From Erysipelotrichaceae bacterium MTC7 (lineage in GTDB: Bacteria; Bacillota_I; Bacilli_A; Erysipelotrichales; Erysipelotrichaceae), in contig LVZN01000008.1 in the NCBI GenBank assembly GCA_001695645.1, forward strand, positions 17,499 through 49,498: 32,000 bases of DNA, given 5' to 3'. Position numbers and translations under genes: made by a program. Within the stretch, counting starts at the first letter, position 1; each line of letters begins with the position of its first letter. Shown here one piece after another: positions 12,064 through 22,519 of this stretch. A model generated the notes under the pieces. That model did no database searches and had not been told where the DNA came from. It worked only from the letters and a program-made list of their open reading frames with translations.

Positions 12064-14031
12064 ATGAAAAACAATAAGCGCAATCCATTGTTGCTTTTGC
12101 CGTATTTACTGTTGGCATTGATGTTAATTTTCTTATTGCCATTCAACAATCTCAATGAGACCAAAGAGTTTACTTACAATGAATTTGTTAAGAAAGCCGA
12201 AAAGTTGGATTTCCAAGATGTTGAAATGGGAATTGGACCAGTGACCATAGAAGTAGAAGGTAAATATAAAAACAAGAAGGATGAAAGTGTTGCCTTTAGT
12301 GCAACATTACCAAAAACAGATGACAATATTAAGTGGTTACAAGAAACCCTTGATAATGGTGATAATAAAGTAAAAGTGTTTGAACCGGATGAAGAAAACA
12401 TTCTACTTACGTTATTCATCAACTTCTTCCCAATTTTATTGTTGGGTGGATTTGTCTTCTTGATGTTCTCACGAATGGGTGGTGGACAACAAAACAAGGC
12501 ATTCGAATTTTCAAAATCGAGAGCAAAAATTCAAGGAAATGTAAAAACGCGTTTCAAAGATGTTGCTGGAGCTGATGAGGAAAAAGAAGAAGTTAAAGAA
12601 ATTATTGATTACTTAAAGAATCCAAAACGTTTCTCAGACATGGGAGCACGTATACCAAAGGGTATGTTAATGGTGGGTCCTCCAGGTACTGGGAAAACCT
12701 TACTTGCAAAAGCAGTTGCAGGTGAAGCAGATGTACCATTCTTCTCGATCTCTGGTTCAGATTTCGTAGAAATGTTTGTTGGTACTGGGGCTAGCCGGGT
12801 TCGTGATATGTTTAAAAAAGCAAAGCAAGCAGCACCTTGTATCGTCTTCATTGATGAGATTGATGCAGTTGGTCGTCAACGTGGAGCTGGTATGGGTGGA
12901 GGAAACGATGAACGTGAACAAACCCTAAACCAATTGCTTGTTGAAATGGATGGAATGGAAGAAAATATTGGAATCGTGATTATCGCGGCTACCAACCGTC
13001 CAGATGTTCTTGACCCTGCTTTATTACGTAGTGGACGTTTTGACCGTCAAATTACCGTAAGTTTACCAGATAAAAAAGGACGTAGTGAAATTCTTGCAGT
13101 ACACGCTAGAAATAAAAAGTTAGCACCAGATGTAACACTTGAAAACTTAGCACAACGTACACCAGGTTTCTCTGGAGCAGACTTAGAAAACGTCTTGAAT
13201 GAAGGAGCGATTCTTGCGGTTCGTGGAAATCGCAAGTTAATCACAATGGATGATTTAGATGAAGCGGTTGACCGTGTTATGATGGGTCCAGCTAAGAAAA
13301 GTAAAAAATACAACGAAACTGATAAAAAACTGGTTGCGTACCATGAAGCTGGTCACGCCGTTATCGGTTTAAAACTTGAAGATGCAGATATGGTGCAAAA
13401 AGTTACCATCATCCCTCGTGGAGATGCTGGTGGTTACAACTTGATGACACCAAGAGAAGAAAAATACTTCCACCGTAAAAAGGAATACATGGCACAAATT
13501 ACTGGATTACTTGGTGGTCGTGTATCGGAAGAATTAGTCTTTGGAGAAATTAGTGCCGGAGCTGTAAATGACATTGAAAAGATTACAAAAATTGCAAAAG
13601 CAATGGTACGTGTCTTTGGTATGTCGGCTTTAGGACCAATTCAATATGCAGATCCACAAGGAAATGTATTCCTTGGAAGAGATTACAACCAAGGGGCTGC
13701 TTACTCAGGTGAGGTTGCATTTGAAATTGACCAAGAAGTACGTAAAATTGTGAACGAGTGTTACGCAGAATGTAAACGTATCCTTGTTGAAAATCGTAAC
13801 CTACTTGATTTGATTGCCAATTCGTTAATCGAAGAAGAAACATTAACAAGCGAACAAATCAACAACCTTGTTGCTTATGGAACATTAACTGCACCTGCTA
13901 GTGAAACACCTACAGAACCAGAAACCATCAAAGAACAAGATGAAAAAATGAAAGAACCTGAAGTTGTGGTACAACCAGAAGAACTACAGGAAAGCATTCC
14001 TACGGCAGATGATTTACCAGACGCAGAATAA
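12064..14031 (+). CDS. ftsH: ATP-dependent zinc metalloprotease FtsH
   Basis: N-terminal TM helices, Walker A GPPGTGKT, second region of homology, and zinc site HEAGHA. Confidence 0.95.
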   Translation: MKNNKRNPLLLLPYLLLALMLIFLLPFNNLNETKEFTYNEFVKKAEKLDFQDVEMGIGPVTIEVEGKYKNKKDESVAFSATLPKTDDNIKWLQETLDNGDNKVKVFEPDEENILLTLFINFFPILLLGGFVFLMFSRMGGGQQNKAFEFSKSRAKIQGNVKTRFKDVAGADEEKEEVKEIIDYLKNPKRFSDMGARIPKGMLMVGPPGTGKTLLAKAVAGEADVPFFSISGSDFVEMFVGTGASRVRDMFKKAKQAAPCIVFIDEIDAVGRQRGAGMGGGNDEREQTLNQLLVEMDGMEENIGIVIIAATNRPDVLDPALLRSGRFDRQITVSLPDKKGRSEILAVHARNKKLAPDVTLENLAQRTPGFSGADLENVLNEGAILAVRGNRKLITMDDLDEAVDRVMMGPAKKSKKYNETDKKLVAYHEAGHAVIGLKLEDADMVQKVTIIPRGDAGGYNLMTPREEKYFHRKKEYMAQITGLLGGRVSEELVFGEISAGAVNDIEKITKIAKAMVRVFGMSALGPIQYADPQGNVFLGRDYNQGAAYSGEVAFEIDQEVRKIVNECYAECKRILVENRNLLDLIANSLIEEETLTSEQINNLVAYGTLTAPASETPTEPETIKEQDEKMKEPEVVVQPEELQESIPTADDLPDAE

Positions 14032-14033
14032 CC

Positions 14034-14063
14034 AAAAGAGGGCAACGTTGCCCTCTTTTATTA
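14034..14063 (+). terminator. Rho-independent terminator of ftsH
   Basis: Palindrome AAAAGAGGGCAAC / GTTGCCCTCTTTT followed by T-rich tail. Confidence 0.8.
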
Positions 14064-14129
14064 TCTTGGTGTCCAAGATGCATTCTAAGATACAGCTTTG
14101 CTATAATAGAGCATATGGAGGAACTACAC

Positions 14130-15008
14130 ATGCATAAGAAAATTGCTTGCTTTGATATTGGAGGAACGTTGCTAAAGTGTGCCATAATTGATGAAACAGG
14201 AACCTTTTTAGAACAGTGTTCATATCCATGGGCAACGAGTATGGAAGAATTGTTGGAACATATGGAGACCTTTATGAAAGGTTATGATGTTTTTGGGATT
14301 GCCATTAGTTGTTGTGGACCTGTGGATACCAAAACTAGTATGGTTAAAGGAAGTTTTAGCCAAGATCCAAACATTGAAGGATTTTCATGGAAAGAGCTGA
14401 TGGACGAGCGCTTTGGCTTGCCTTGTGAAATCGAAAATGATGCCAACTGTTGTGCTCTTGGTGAACTCTATTTTGGAACGGCTAGAGATGTAAAAAACAT
14501 GTGTTTTATGGTGATTGGTACTGGAGTTGGTGGGGCAATCGTAGTCGATGGAAACATTGTCTCAGGAAATCATTTATATGGTGGTGAGTTTGGGGTTATG
14601 CTTGTACATGACAAAGATGGAAAACTTACCAATTACTCAAGAATTGCTTCTACTTCCTCGATGGTGTTTGCCATGGAGAAAAAAGAGCCTGGCGTTTGGG
14701 ATGGAAAAAGAATTTTCCTAGAAGCACGTAAAGGGAATCAAAATTGCCAAGCAGTAATAGCTGACTTTTATGATGGTGTTGCCCTTGGAGTGTTCAATTT
14801 ACAACACATGATTGATCCTGAAATGATTGTGTTTGGTGGTGGGATTAGCGAACGTGAAGATTTTATTGAAAACGTTAAACGCGCATATGATACCCTTTGT
14901 GCTAAACTGGATTTTCCAACGCTTAATCCGAACCTAAAAACATGTACCTATTTCAACGATGGGAATCTATTAGGTGCACTTGCAAACTTTATGCAAAAGC
15001 AAGCATAG
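14130..15008 (+). CDS. ROK-family sugar kinase
   Basis: DIGGT, ENDANCCALGE and GTGVGGAIV motifs. The Cys-rich zinc motif of glucokinase-type ROK proteins is not evident. I prefer the start at 14130 (GGAGGA 14117-14122, 7-nt spacing). The track start at 14115 would be a leaderless alternative. Confidence 0.7.
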   Translation: MHKKIACFDIGGTLLKCAIIDETGTFLEQCSYPWATSMEELLEHMETFMKGYDVFGIAISCCGPVDTKTSMVKGSFSQDPNIEGFSWKELMDERFGLPCEIENDANCCALGELYFGTARDVKNMCFMVIGTGVGGAIVVDGNIVSGNHLYGGEFGVMLVHDKDGKLTNYSRIASTSSMVFAMEKKEPGVWDGKRIFLEARKGNQNCQAVIADFYDGVALGVFNLQHMIDPEMIVFGGGISEREDFIENVKRAYDTLCAKLDFPTLNPNLKTCTYFNDGNLLGALANFMQKQA

Positions 15009-15110
15009 GTCAAGTGCGTTGACAAATTGACAAAATATGATACTATGCAAACATGAAAAGCACTGCCAATGGTAGGTGCTTTTTGTGTTATAATACGAAA
15101 GGTGATAAAT

Positions 15111-16013
15111 ATGAAAGATCAATTAGTTAAAGCCTTAGCCTGTGAAGGAAGAGTACGTATATATGTAGTAAACACGACAGGACTTGTGAACTACGCACAA
15201 AAACAACAAGACTTGTGGCCAACAGCAAGTGCTGCACTTGGTCGTACATTAAGTGTGGCTTCGATGATGGGAGCTAACTTAAAAAGTGAACAAGAAAAAC
15301 TAACCATTACGATAAATGGTGGTGGACCCATTGGAACAGTCATGGCTGATGCCTACTATGGAGGTAACGTTCGTGGTTTTGTTGGTGACCCTCACATCAT
15401 GTTGCAATATAATGAAGATCATCCTTTAGCAAATAAACTTGCAGTTGGTATTGCGGTAGGTAAAGAAGGATATCTAGAAGTAAAAAAAGATATTGGTATG
15501 GGAAAAGAAGATTTCAGTGGACGCGTTGCATTACAAACCGGAGAAATTGGTGAAGATTTTGCATACTACTTTGCTTTGAGTGAACAAACCCCTTCAGCCG
15601 TATCGGTTGGTGTTCTTGTTGATACAGATAACACGATTATTGCAAGTGGTGGTTTGCTTTTGCAAATGATGCCAGATGCAACCGAAGATGATATTCGTAA
15701 AAGCGAGGCTGCCTTGCGTAAACTTGATAACATGTCCAATTTAATCCGTGACAATGTTGCACTAGAAGACATCCTTCATAGCATGTTTGATGATATAAAA
15801 ATCTTAGAAACAACCGATGTGAAGTTCGTATGTAACTGCAGTAAAGAGAAAATCTTAAATGCAATTTCTTTAATGGATGAAAAGGAAATCCAAAACATGA
15901 TTGATGAAGATCATGGAGCAGATGCAACTTGCCAATACTGTAAAAAAGAATACAAGATTAGTGAAACTGAACTTGAAGGAATCTTGAAAGAAAAGGCACA
16001 TGTGGTACATTAG
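15111..16013 (+). CDS. hslO: Redox-regulated chaperone Hsp33
   Basis: C-terminal zinc centre CNCSKEK...CQYCKKEY. ATG 15111 is preceded by AAAGGTGA. The track's 14-codon N-terminal extension lacks an SD and overlaps a TGtTATAAT box at 15086-15094. Confidence 0.85.
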   Translation: MKDQLVKALACEGRVRIYVVNTTGLVNYAQKQQDLWPTASAALGRTLSVASMMGANLKSEQEKLTITINGGGPIGTVMADAYYGGNVRGFVGDPHIMLQYNEDHPLANKLAVGIAVGKEGYLEVKKDIGMGKEDFSGRVALQTGEIGEDFAYYFALSEQTPSAVSVGVLVDTDNTIIASGGLLLQMMPDATEDDIRKSEAALRKLDNMSNLIRDNVALEDILHSMFDDIKILETTDVKFVCNCSKEKILNAISLMDEKEIQNMIDEDHGADATCQYCKKEYKISETELEGILKEKAHVVH

Positions 16014-16998
16014 AGATTTACCAATCGAAAACCAAATTGTGATTGCCCCAATGGCCGGAATTAGCAATTCCGCTTTCCGTTCTTTGTATAAAGAATTTGG
16101 GGCTGGATTCATCGTGTCGGAGTTGATTAGTGACAAAGCGATTTACTTTAAGAATGTCAAAACGATGGGGATGTTGGAAGTTCAAGAACAAGAACATCCG
16201 ATGGCACTGCAATTGTTTGGACATGATATTGATACCATGGTTCATGCGGCTAAAGTTATGGATGAAGATACCAACTGTGACGTGATTGATATCAATATGG
16301 GATGTCCCGTCAACAAAGTCGTAAAGTCATTTGCAGGAAGTGCGTTAATGAAAGAGCCGGAACATGCATATGAATTGGTGAAGGCCATTGTAGCTGCGGT
16401 AAAAAAACCTGTGACTGTAAAGTTTCGACTTGGTTGGGATGCACATTCCATCAATTGCGTTGAATTCGCAAAATTAATGGAAGCTGCAGGAGCAAGTGCG
16501 ATTTGTTTGCATGGGCGTACCCGTGCACAAATGTATGAAGGAAAAGCAGATTGGTCATATATCAAAGAAGTTAAAGCAGCGGTCAATATTCCAGTGATTG
16601 GTAACGGTGATGTAAAAAGTGTAGCTGATTTTAAAGCCATGTTAGAAACTACAGGTTGTGATGCAGTCGCGATTGGTCGTGGAGTGTTAGGAAATCCATG
16701 GCTCATTCGCCAGTGTGCGCATTATTTAGCAACTGGAGAAGTGCTTGAAGATGTATCCTATGAAGAAAAGTTTGCGCTTGCATATAAACATGCAAAAAGT
16801 CTTTGTGAATTAAAAGGCGAACGTGTTGGTATGAAAGAGATGCGTGGACATGCAACTTGGTACATCAAAGGTTTACCAAAATCTCATGTGGTGAAAGATC
16901 GCTTATCAAAAGTGGAAACCTTTGCGGAGTTTGAAACCATTTTACAAGATTATGACTTGGTGCTAAAAGAATATGAAGCAACGAAGGTTTCTCTATAG
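16000..16998 (+). CDS. dusB: tRNA-dihydrouridine synthase
   Basis: VIAPMAGISNSAFR, DINMGCP and a TIM-barrel Dus pattern. Overlaps the hslO end by 14 nt. Confidence 0.85.
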   Translation: MWYIRDLPIENQIVIAPMAGISNSAFRSLYKEFGAGFIVSELISDKAIYFKNVKTMGMLEVQEQEHPMALQLFGHDIDTMVHAAKVMDEDTNCDVIDINMGCPVNKVVKSFAGSALMKEPEHAYELVKAIVAAVKKPVTVKFRLGWDAHSINCVEFAKLMEAAGASAICLHGRTRAQMYEGKADWSYIKEVKAAVNIPVIGNGDVKSVADFKAMLETTGCDAVAIGRGVLGNPWLIRQCAHYLATGEVLEDVSYEEKFALAYKHAKSLCELKGERVGMKEMRGHATWYIKGLPKSHVVKDRLSKVETFAEFETILQDYDLVLKEYEATKVSL

Positions 16999-17010
16999 AC
17001 AAAAATAAAA

Positions 17011-17041
17011 AAGGAGTTTGTATGATAACTCCTTTTTTTCG
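17011..17041 (+). terminator. Rho-independent terminator of dusB
   Basis: Stem AAAGGAGTT / AACTCCTTT followed by T-run. Confidence 0.8.
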
Positions 17042-17790
17042 TTCACAACGATTGTATATATCCTTGCTATCTTGCCTGATCTTCATCAAATGAGAATTTG
17101 ATGTCAATGTCAATGATGCAAAGGGAAGATACGTTGGCCTGTAGCTTATCTTCGTTATAAAATGGCGTTTGTTGAAAGACGTTTAACCCTTCTATTTTTT
17201 ATTGCTAAAAAATAGGATACTTCAGACTATGTAGCAGTAAACAAAATTGTTAGGTATTGATAGTACTGCCTCGATTGTTTCACTTTCAAGTTTGAATACA
17301 CGATACTTAATCAAATTTTGAACATTTCATCCTATACTTTTTCACACACACAGTTAGATTCATAAACGATACCGTTTATGCAAGGAACATTCCTTACATA
17401 CAATATCGTATAAAACTTGATGTGGTTTCGTGTTGATTCTTGTTTGTTTATTACTACATATCATGATCGTATTCGCTTTCTGTGTCACCTCCGTTTTCTA
17501 TAACAAGTCAATACGCCTGACGAATCTTGCAACATAGACACGACCCTGTGATCAATTGTGTAAGGTTCGTTATGAACTAGTGCACCCGCTTTGTTTTGCG
17601 GTTGTAACGTAATCCTATTATATGATGTTGCGATTTATCTGTCATAATAGTGAAAAAACTGGTAGATAAAATGGTAGAAATGGAGAAGGATCGTAATACA
17701 AATACATTAATTTCTCAAAATTGAAGGTATCTTTCATGGTTTACATTTAGCTGGATAATGCAAAAAGATGCTGAAATTTGGTGATTCTGT

Positions 17791-17818
17791 TTGACAAAGT
17801 AATTGCTTTTGTTAAAAT
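17791..17818 (+). promoter_or_regulatory. Sigma-A-type promoter of the lysS leader
   Basis: -35 TTGACA at 17791-17796, 16-nt spacer, extended -10 TGtTAAAAT at 17810-17818. Confidence 0.6.
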
Positions 17819-17824
17819 AAGGAT

Positions 17825-19569
<1,745 letters not shown>

Positions 19570-19587
19570 GCAGACAATAGTAAATAC

Positions 19588-19622
19588 AAGCAGTTTCGTG
19601 AATCACACGAAACTGCTTTTTC
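19588..19622 (+). terminator. Rho-independent terminator of lysS
   Basis: Perfect 13-bp stem AAGCAGTTTCGTG / CACGAAACTGCTT followed by T-run. Confidence 0.85.
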
Positions 19623-19701
19623 TAATACAATCTGATATTTTTCATACAATAAGAAATGCTATAATGGATTTAATAAGACTTGAGTCATGAAGGGGGATTG
19701 T

Positions 19702-20166
19702 ATGGAAAAAGTGATCCAACAATTATTGCGTGATCCAAATGTTGAACCAACAGATGAATTGATTGCTGATGGTTTAGGAGAAGCTAACAACGCATATAAA
19801 AAGTTTATTAATGATTTGAAAGAGCAAAGTGTATTTCTTATGGATTGGCGATTTTATAATGATGGTAAAGCTTGGCTTTCTAAAGGTGAATACAAATGGA
19901 TAACAAAGAGAGGAACAAATAAAGTTAAACCTATCTTTTGGTTATCTATATGGGAAGGGTTATTCAAAGTTTCATTTTTATTTGCTGAAAAAACTAGAGA
20001 TGAGTTAATACAACTGCCTCTTAGTGAAGATACAAAATCACTGATTGAAAATACAAAACCGAATGGAAAATCGATGCAGTATTTATCAGTTATTTTTGAT
20101 GTTAAGAATGACTCTGTTCTTAATGACATTTATACATTGGTAAAGTTTAGAAAAGAAAAAATATGA
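19702..20166 (+). CDS. DUF3788-like protein of unknown function
   Basis: The segment WRFYNDGKAWLSKG...KPIFWLSIWEGLFKVSFLF resembles the DUF3788 family consensus (from memory, not searched). ATG 19702 is preceded by AAGGGGGA. TGcTATAAT at 19657-19665. Confidence 0.55.
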   Translation: MEKVIQQLLRDPNVEPTDELIADGLGEANNAYKKFINDLKEQSVFLMDWRFYNDGKAWLSKGEYKWITKRGTNKVKPIFWLSIWEGLFKVSFLFAEKTRDELIQLPLSEDTKSLIENTKPNGKSMQYLSVIFDVKNDSVLNDIYTLVKFRKEKI

Positions 20167-20300
20167 GTCTATAAAGCTGCATGTCTTGTTAAAAATAAGA
20201 ACTTCTAGAGTATACAATTGTAAAAATAAAAAGAACTACAGACTTTGCAATAGGAGTGGTATTTGTGGCATAAAACTTACATGATATAATAACAGTACTT

Positions 20301-21026
20301 ATGAAAACATATAAGACAAATGAACTAGCAAAGCGGTTTCAAATTCATGCAAATACGGTTCGCTTGTATGAGAGAAAACACTTCATCAGCGAAGCAAAAC
20401 GATTAAAAAATGGATATCGTCAATTCGATGAAATCCATTTTTGGCAGTTATTCATTTGTCGAAAGATATTTGAGTTTCCTTACTCCAATTCGAGAATCCG
20501 TAAATCTGGAATTGACACCGTTTATGCAAGTGGTGCACTGAAAGTTGAACTACTTGATGATAAACTATCGATCTATCGTTCTATTATTTTAGAAGAATTA
20601 CAGAAAGCACAACATGCAAATCAGCTTCTTCTAGATTGGTTGAACGATCATACAATAGAAGAAGAAATGCATTATTATACACGTAAAGAAATTGCGTCGA
20701 TATTAGATACAACTAAAGAAACTGTTCGTAATTGGGAGAGAAATGATCTAGTTCAAACAACCCTTCTAGAAGATCCACAACAACGCTACTTTGATGAAGA
20801 AGCTCTGAAGCGTTGTAGAATTATTTATTTGCTTCGCCAAGTTGGTTTTAGTATGCATGCAATTTATCAATGTCTTCATGCATTGGATACGAATGATGTT
20901 TCATTAAACCTTTCTAAGAAGGATGCTTTTTCTGCAGGAGATCGGTGGTTAATTGAATTGAAATCGCTTTTTAACTCAATTCCTTCACTAGAAAAAGCAG
21001 TTGATAAATTAAAAACCCTACACTAG
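20301..21026 (+). CDS. MerR-family transcriptional regulator with two tandem MerR-type HTH modules
   Basis: Module 1, residues about 3-55: YKTNELAKRFQIHANTVRLYERKHFI...GYRQFDE. Module 2, residues about 125-190: YTRKEIASILDTTKETVRNWERNDLV...QRYFDEEALKRCRIIYLLRQVGFSM. Confidence 0.75.
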   Translation: MKTYKTNELAKRFQIHANTVRLYERKHFISEAKRLKNGYRQFDEIHFWQLFICRKIFEFPYSNSRIRKSGIDTVYASGALKVELLDDKLSIYRSIILEELQKAQHANQLLLDWLNDHTIEEEMHYYTRKEIASILDTTKETVRNWERNDLVQTTLLEDPQQRYFDEEALKRCRIIYLLRQVGFSMHAIYQCLHALDTNDVSLNLSKKDAFSAGDRWLIELKSLFNSIPSLEKAVDKLKTLH

Positions 21027-21074
21027 CTCACCACCCTGTAATCTACTGATATAGTTGTATCAGGAGGTGAGTCT

Positions 21075-22250
21075 ATGACACAATTAACAAAACATATAGA
21101 AGCGATTATTAAGGAAAGAGCATGTGGTAGTGCAACAAACAATGAGATTGTTCACTACATAAAACAACAAATGGAAAAATACAGTGATGTTGTTGCTAGC
21201 ATTCCATTTGACTGTATGACATGGAAGAAAGCGTATTCGTATGTGAATCTAGATGGAAAGAAGCTGGAAATCCTTGCCAGTCCCTTTTCAAAAGGAGTAC
21301 ACACAACTGGAAAACTATGTAGTGTATCTACAATTGAAGAATTGAGAAACTGCGATATGAAGGATTGTATTATATTAGTCTATGGTGACTTAGCAAAGAA
21401 TCCTATTTCTGCAAAAGACTATCCGTTCTATTATCCTGATGAACATAAAGAAATAAATGATATCTTTGAATCAAGGAAGCCAAAAGCAATTCTTGCGTTT
21501 ACCGGACAGGCATCAAATTGCGGATTGCATCCATTCCCATTATTTGAAGATGGAAACTTTGAAATTCCTTCTGCATATATTGAAGAATCAAAGGTATCTT
21601 TATTTTTGCATCACGTAAATACATCTGTCGAAATTGAAATCAACTCGCAGCGACTACCAGCAACAGCTTCGCAGTTAATTGCGACTAAAAAAGGATATAA
21701 AGAAGATCTAATTGTTGTATGTGCACACATGGATTCTAAAGATGATACAGATGGAGCTATTGATAATGGAAGTGGGACACTTGTCTTGTTAAGGATGTTG
21801 GAGCTGTTAGATGGGATTTTAACTTCTCGCACCATCCAGTTTGTGCCGTATAATAGTGAAGAAACTTATCACGCAGGTGGTGAACTAGTACATCTAGAAC
21901 AATTAAAAGATAAGAAAGTATCGTATGTCTTAAATATAGATACGCCTTGCTTTAAAAACCGCAAGAGTGAGATATCACTATTCAACATCGATAGTCAGTC
22001 AAAAATGATTAAGGATGTTGTTGCTAAAGAAAAACGGTTAAGTATTGGAGAACCTTGGTATGAAGGAGATCATATGCCATTTGCGATGCAGGGGATTCCT
22101 ACCCTAGCTGTTATCGTAGAAGGCTTCAATGCTGAAGGTGTTTTCTATACACATACAAAACGAGACAACAAGGAATTACTTGATGATAAAATCATCGAAG
22201 AAGTTTCAACATCGCTTGTGAATCTGTTGTTAACAATTGACGGTCTATAA
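21075..22250 (+). CDS. M28-family zinc exopeptidase, no signal peptide
   Basis: Metal-ligand pattern HMDSKDDTDGAIDNGSG, NSEE, DHMPF. SD AGGAGG at 21062-21067. Confidence 0.75.
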   Translation: MTQLTKHIEAIIKERACGSATNNEIVHYIKQQMEKYSDVVASIPFDCMTWKKAYSYVNLDGKKLEILASPFSKGVHTTGKLCSVSTIEELRNCDMKDCIILVYGDLAKNPISAKDYPFYYPDEHKEINDIFESRKPKAILAFTGQASNCGLHPFPLFEDGNFEIPSAYIEESKVSLFLHHVNTSVEIEINSQRLPATASQLIATKKGYKEDLIVVCAHMDSKDDTDGAIDNGSGTLVLLRMLELLDGILTSRTIQFVPYNSEETYHAGGELVHLEQLKDKKVSYVLNIDTPCFKNRKSEISLFNIDSQSKMIKDVVAKEKRLSIGEPWYEGDHMPFAMQGIPTLAVIVEGFNAEGVFYTHTKRDNKELLDDKIIEEVSTSLVNLLLTIDGL

Positions 22251-22289
22251 AGTTCATGATTCAACTAATGATTACACTAAAATTAACTG

Positions 22290-22325
22290 ATCCTACTTTA
22301 TGTATAACTTAAGTAGGATTTTTCT
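22290..22325 (+). terminator. Rho-independent terminator of the islet
   Basis: Stem ATCCTACTT / AAGTAGGAT followed by T-run. Confidence 0.8.
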
Positions 22326-22519
22326 TTTCATGAAAAAAATATCGTGCAGTAGGAAAGTCTTGATGATGAAAAAGTTGGAAGAAAAAGTTTTGAGGGACAA
22401 TTCTATACAATAAGCATAAATAAAGTTTCAATGTGCATACAAGAATAATGGAAGAAGGAAGTGGATTTAGTGTAAAAATTATTGCACTGCTTTTTCATTT
22501 TTGATATATTATTTCCGTT

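Noticed and set aside
14130-15008. Whether the gene between ftsH and hslO is CoaX (type III pantothenate kinase), which occupies this position in Bacillus
   Set aside because: The sequence shows ROK signatures (ENDAN, GTGVGGAIV) and a ROK-like length of about 292 aa rather than CoaX features. It is kept as a ROK kinase.
15019-15094. TTGACA-16-TGaTACTAT promoter-like element followed by a hairpin (15056-15083) and a second TGtTATAAT box: a possible attenuator upstream of hslO
   Set aside because: The hairpin has only a 5-bp G/C core plus A-U pairs and sits 48 nt after the ROK stop. The simplest reading is a weak ROK-gene terminator followed by the hslO promoter. Inspection alone does not support a regulatory leader.
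17360-17464. 34-aa minus-strand ORF (MICSNKQTRINTKPHQVLYDIVCKECSLHKRYRL) downstream of a GGAGGTG sequence in the large gap
   Set aside because: The SD-like sequence is more than 18 nt from the ATG and there is no promoter. ORFs of this size are expected by chance. It is noted only as part of the unexplained gap.
19640-22325. The accessory islet as a phage-defence or mobile element
   Set aside because: There is no nuclease, helicase/ATPase, integrase, recombinase or flanking repeats. The composition is not visibly different from its surroundings. It is reported only as an uncharacterised regulator-peptidase module.
22330-22413. 27-aa ORF (MKKISCSRKVLMMKKLEEKVLRDNSIQ) and other tiny Lys-rich ORFs in AT-rich spacers, e.g. 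25820-25858
   Set aside because: Convincing SD or promoter context is lacking. The 22330 ORF starts inside the T-tail of a terminator. Such ORFs are expected by chance in AT-rich intergenic DNA.
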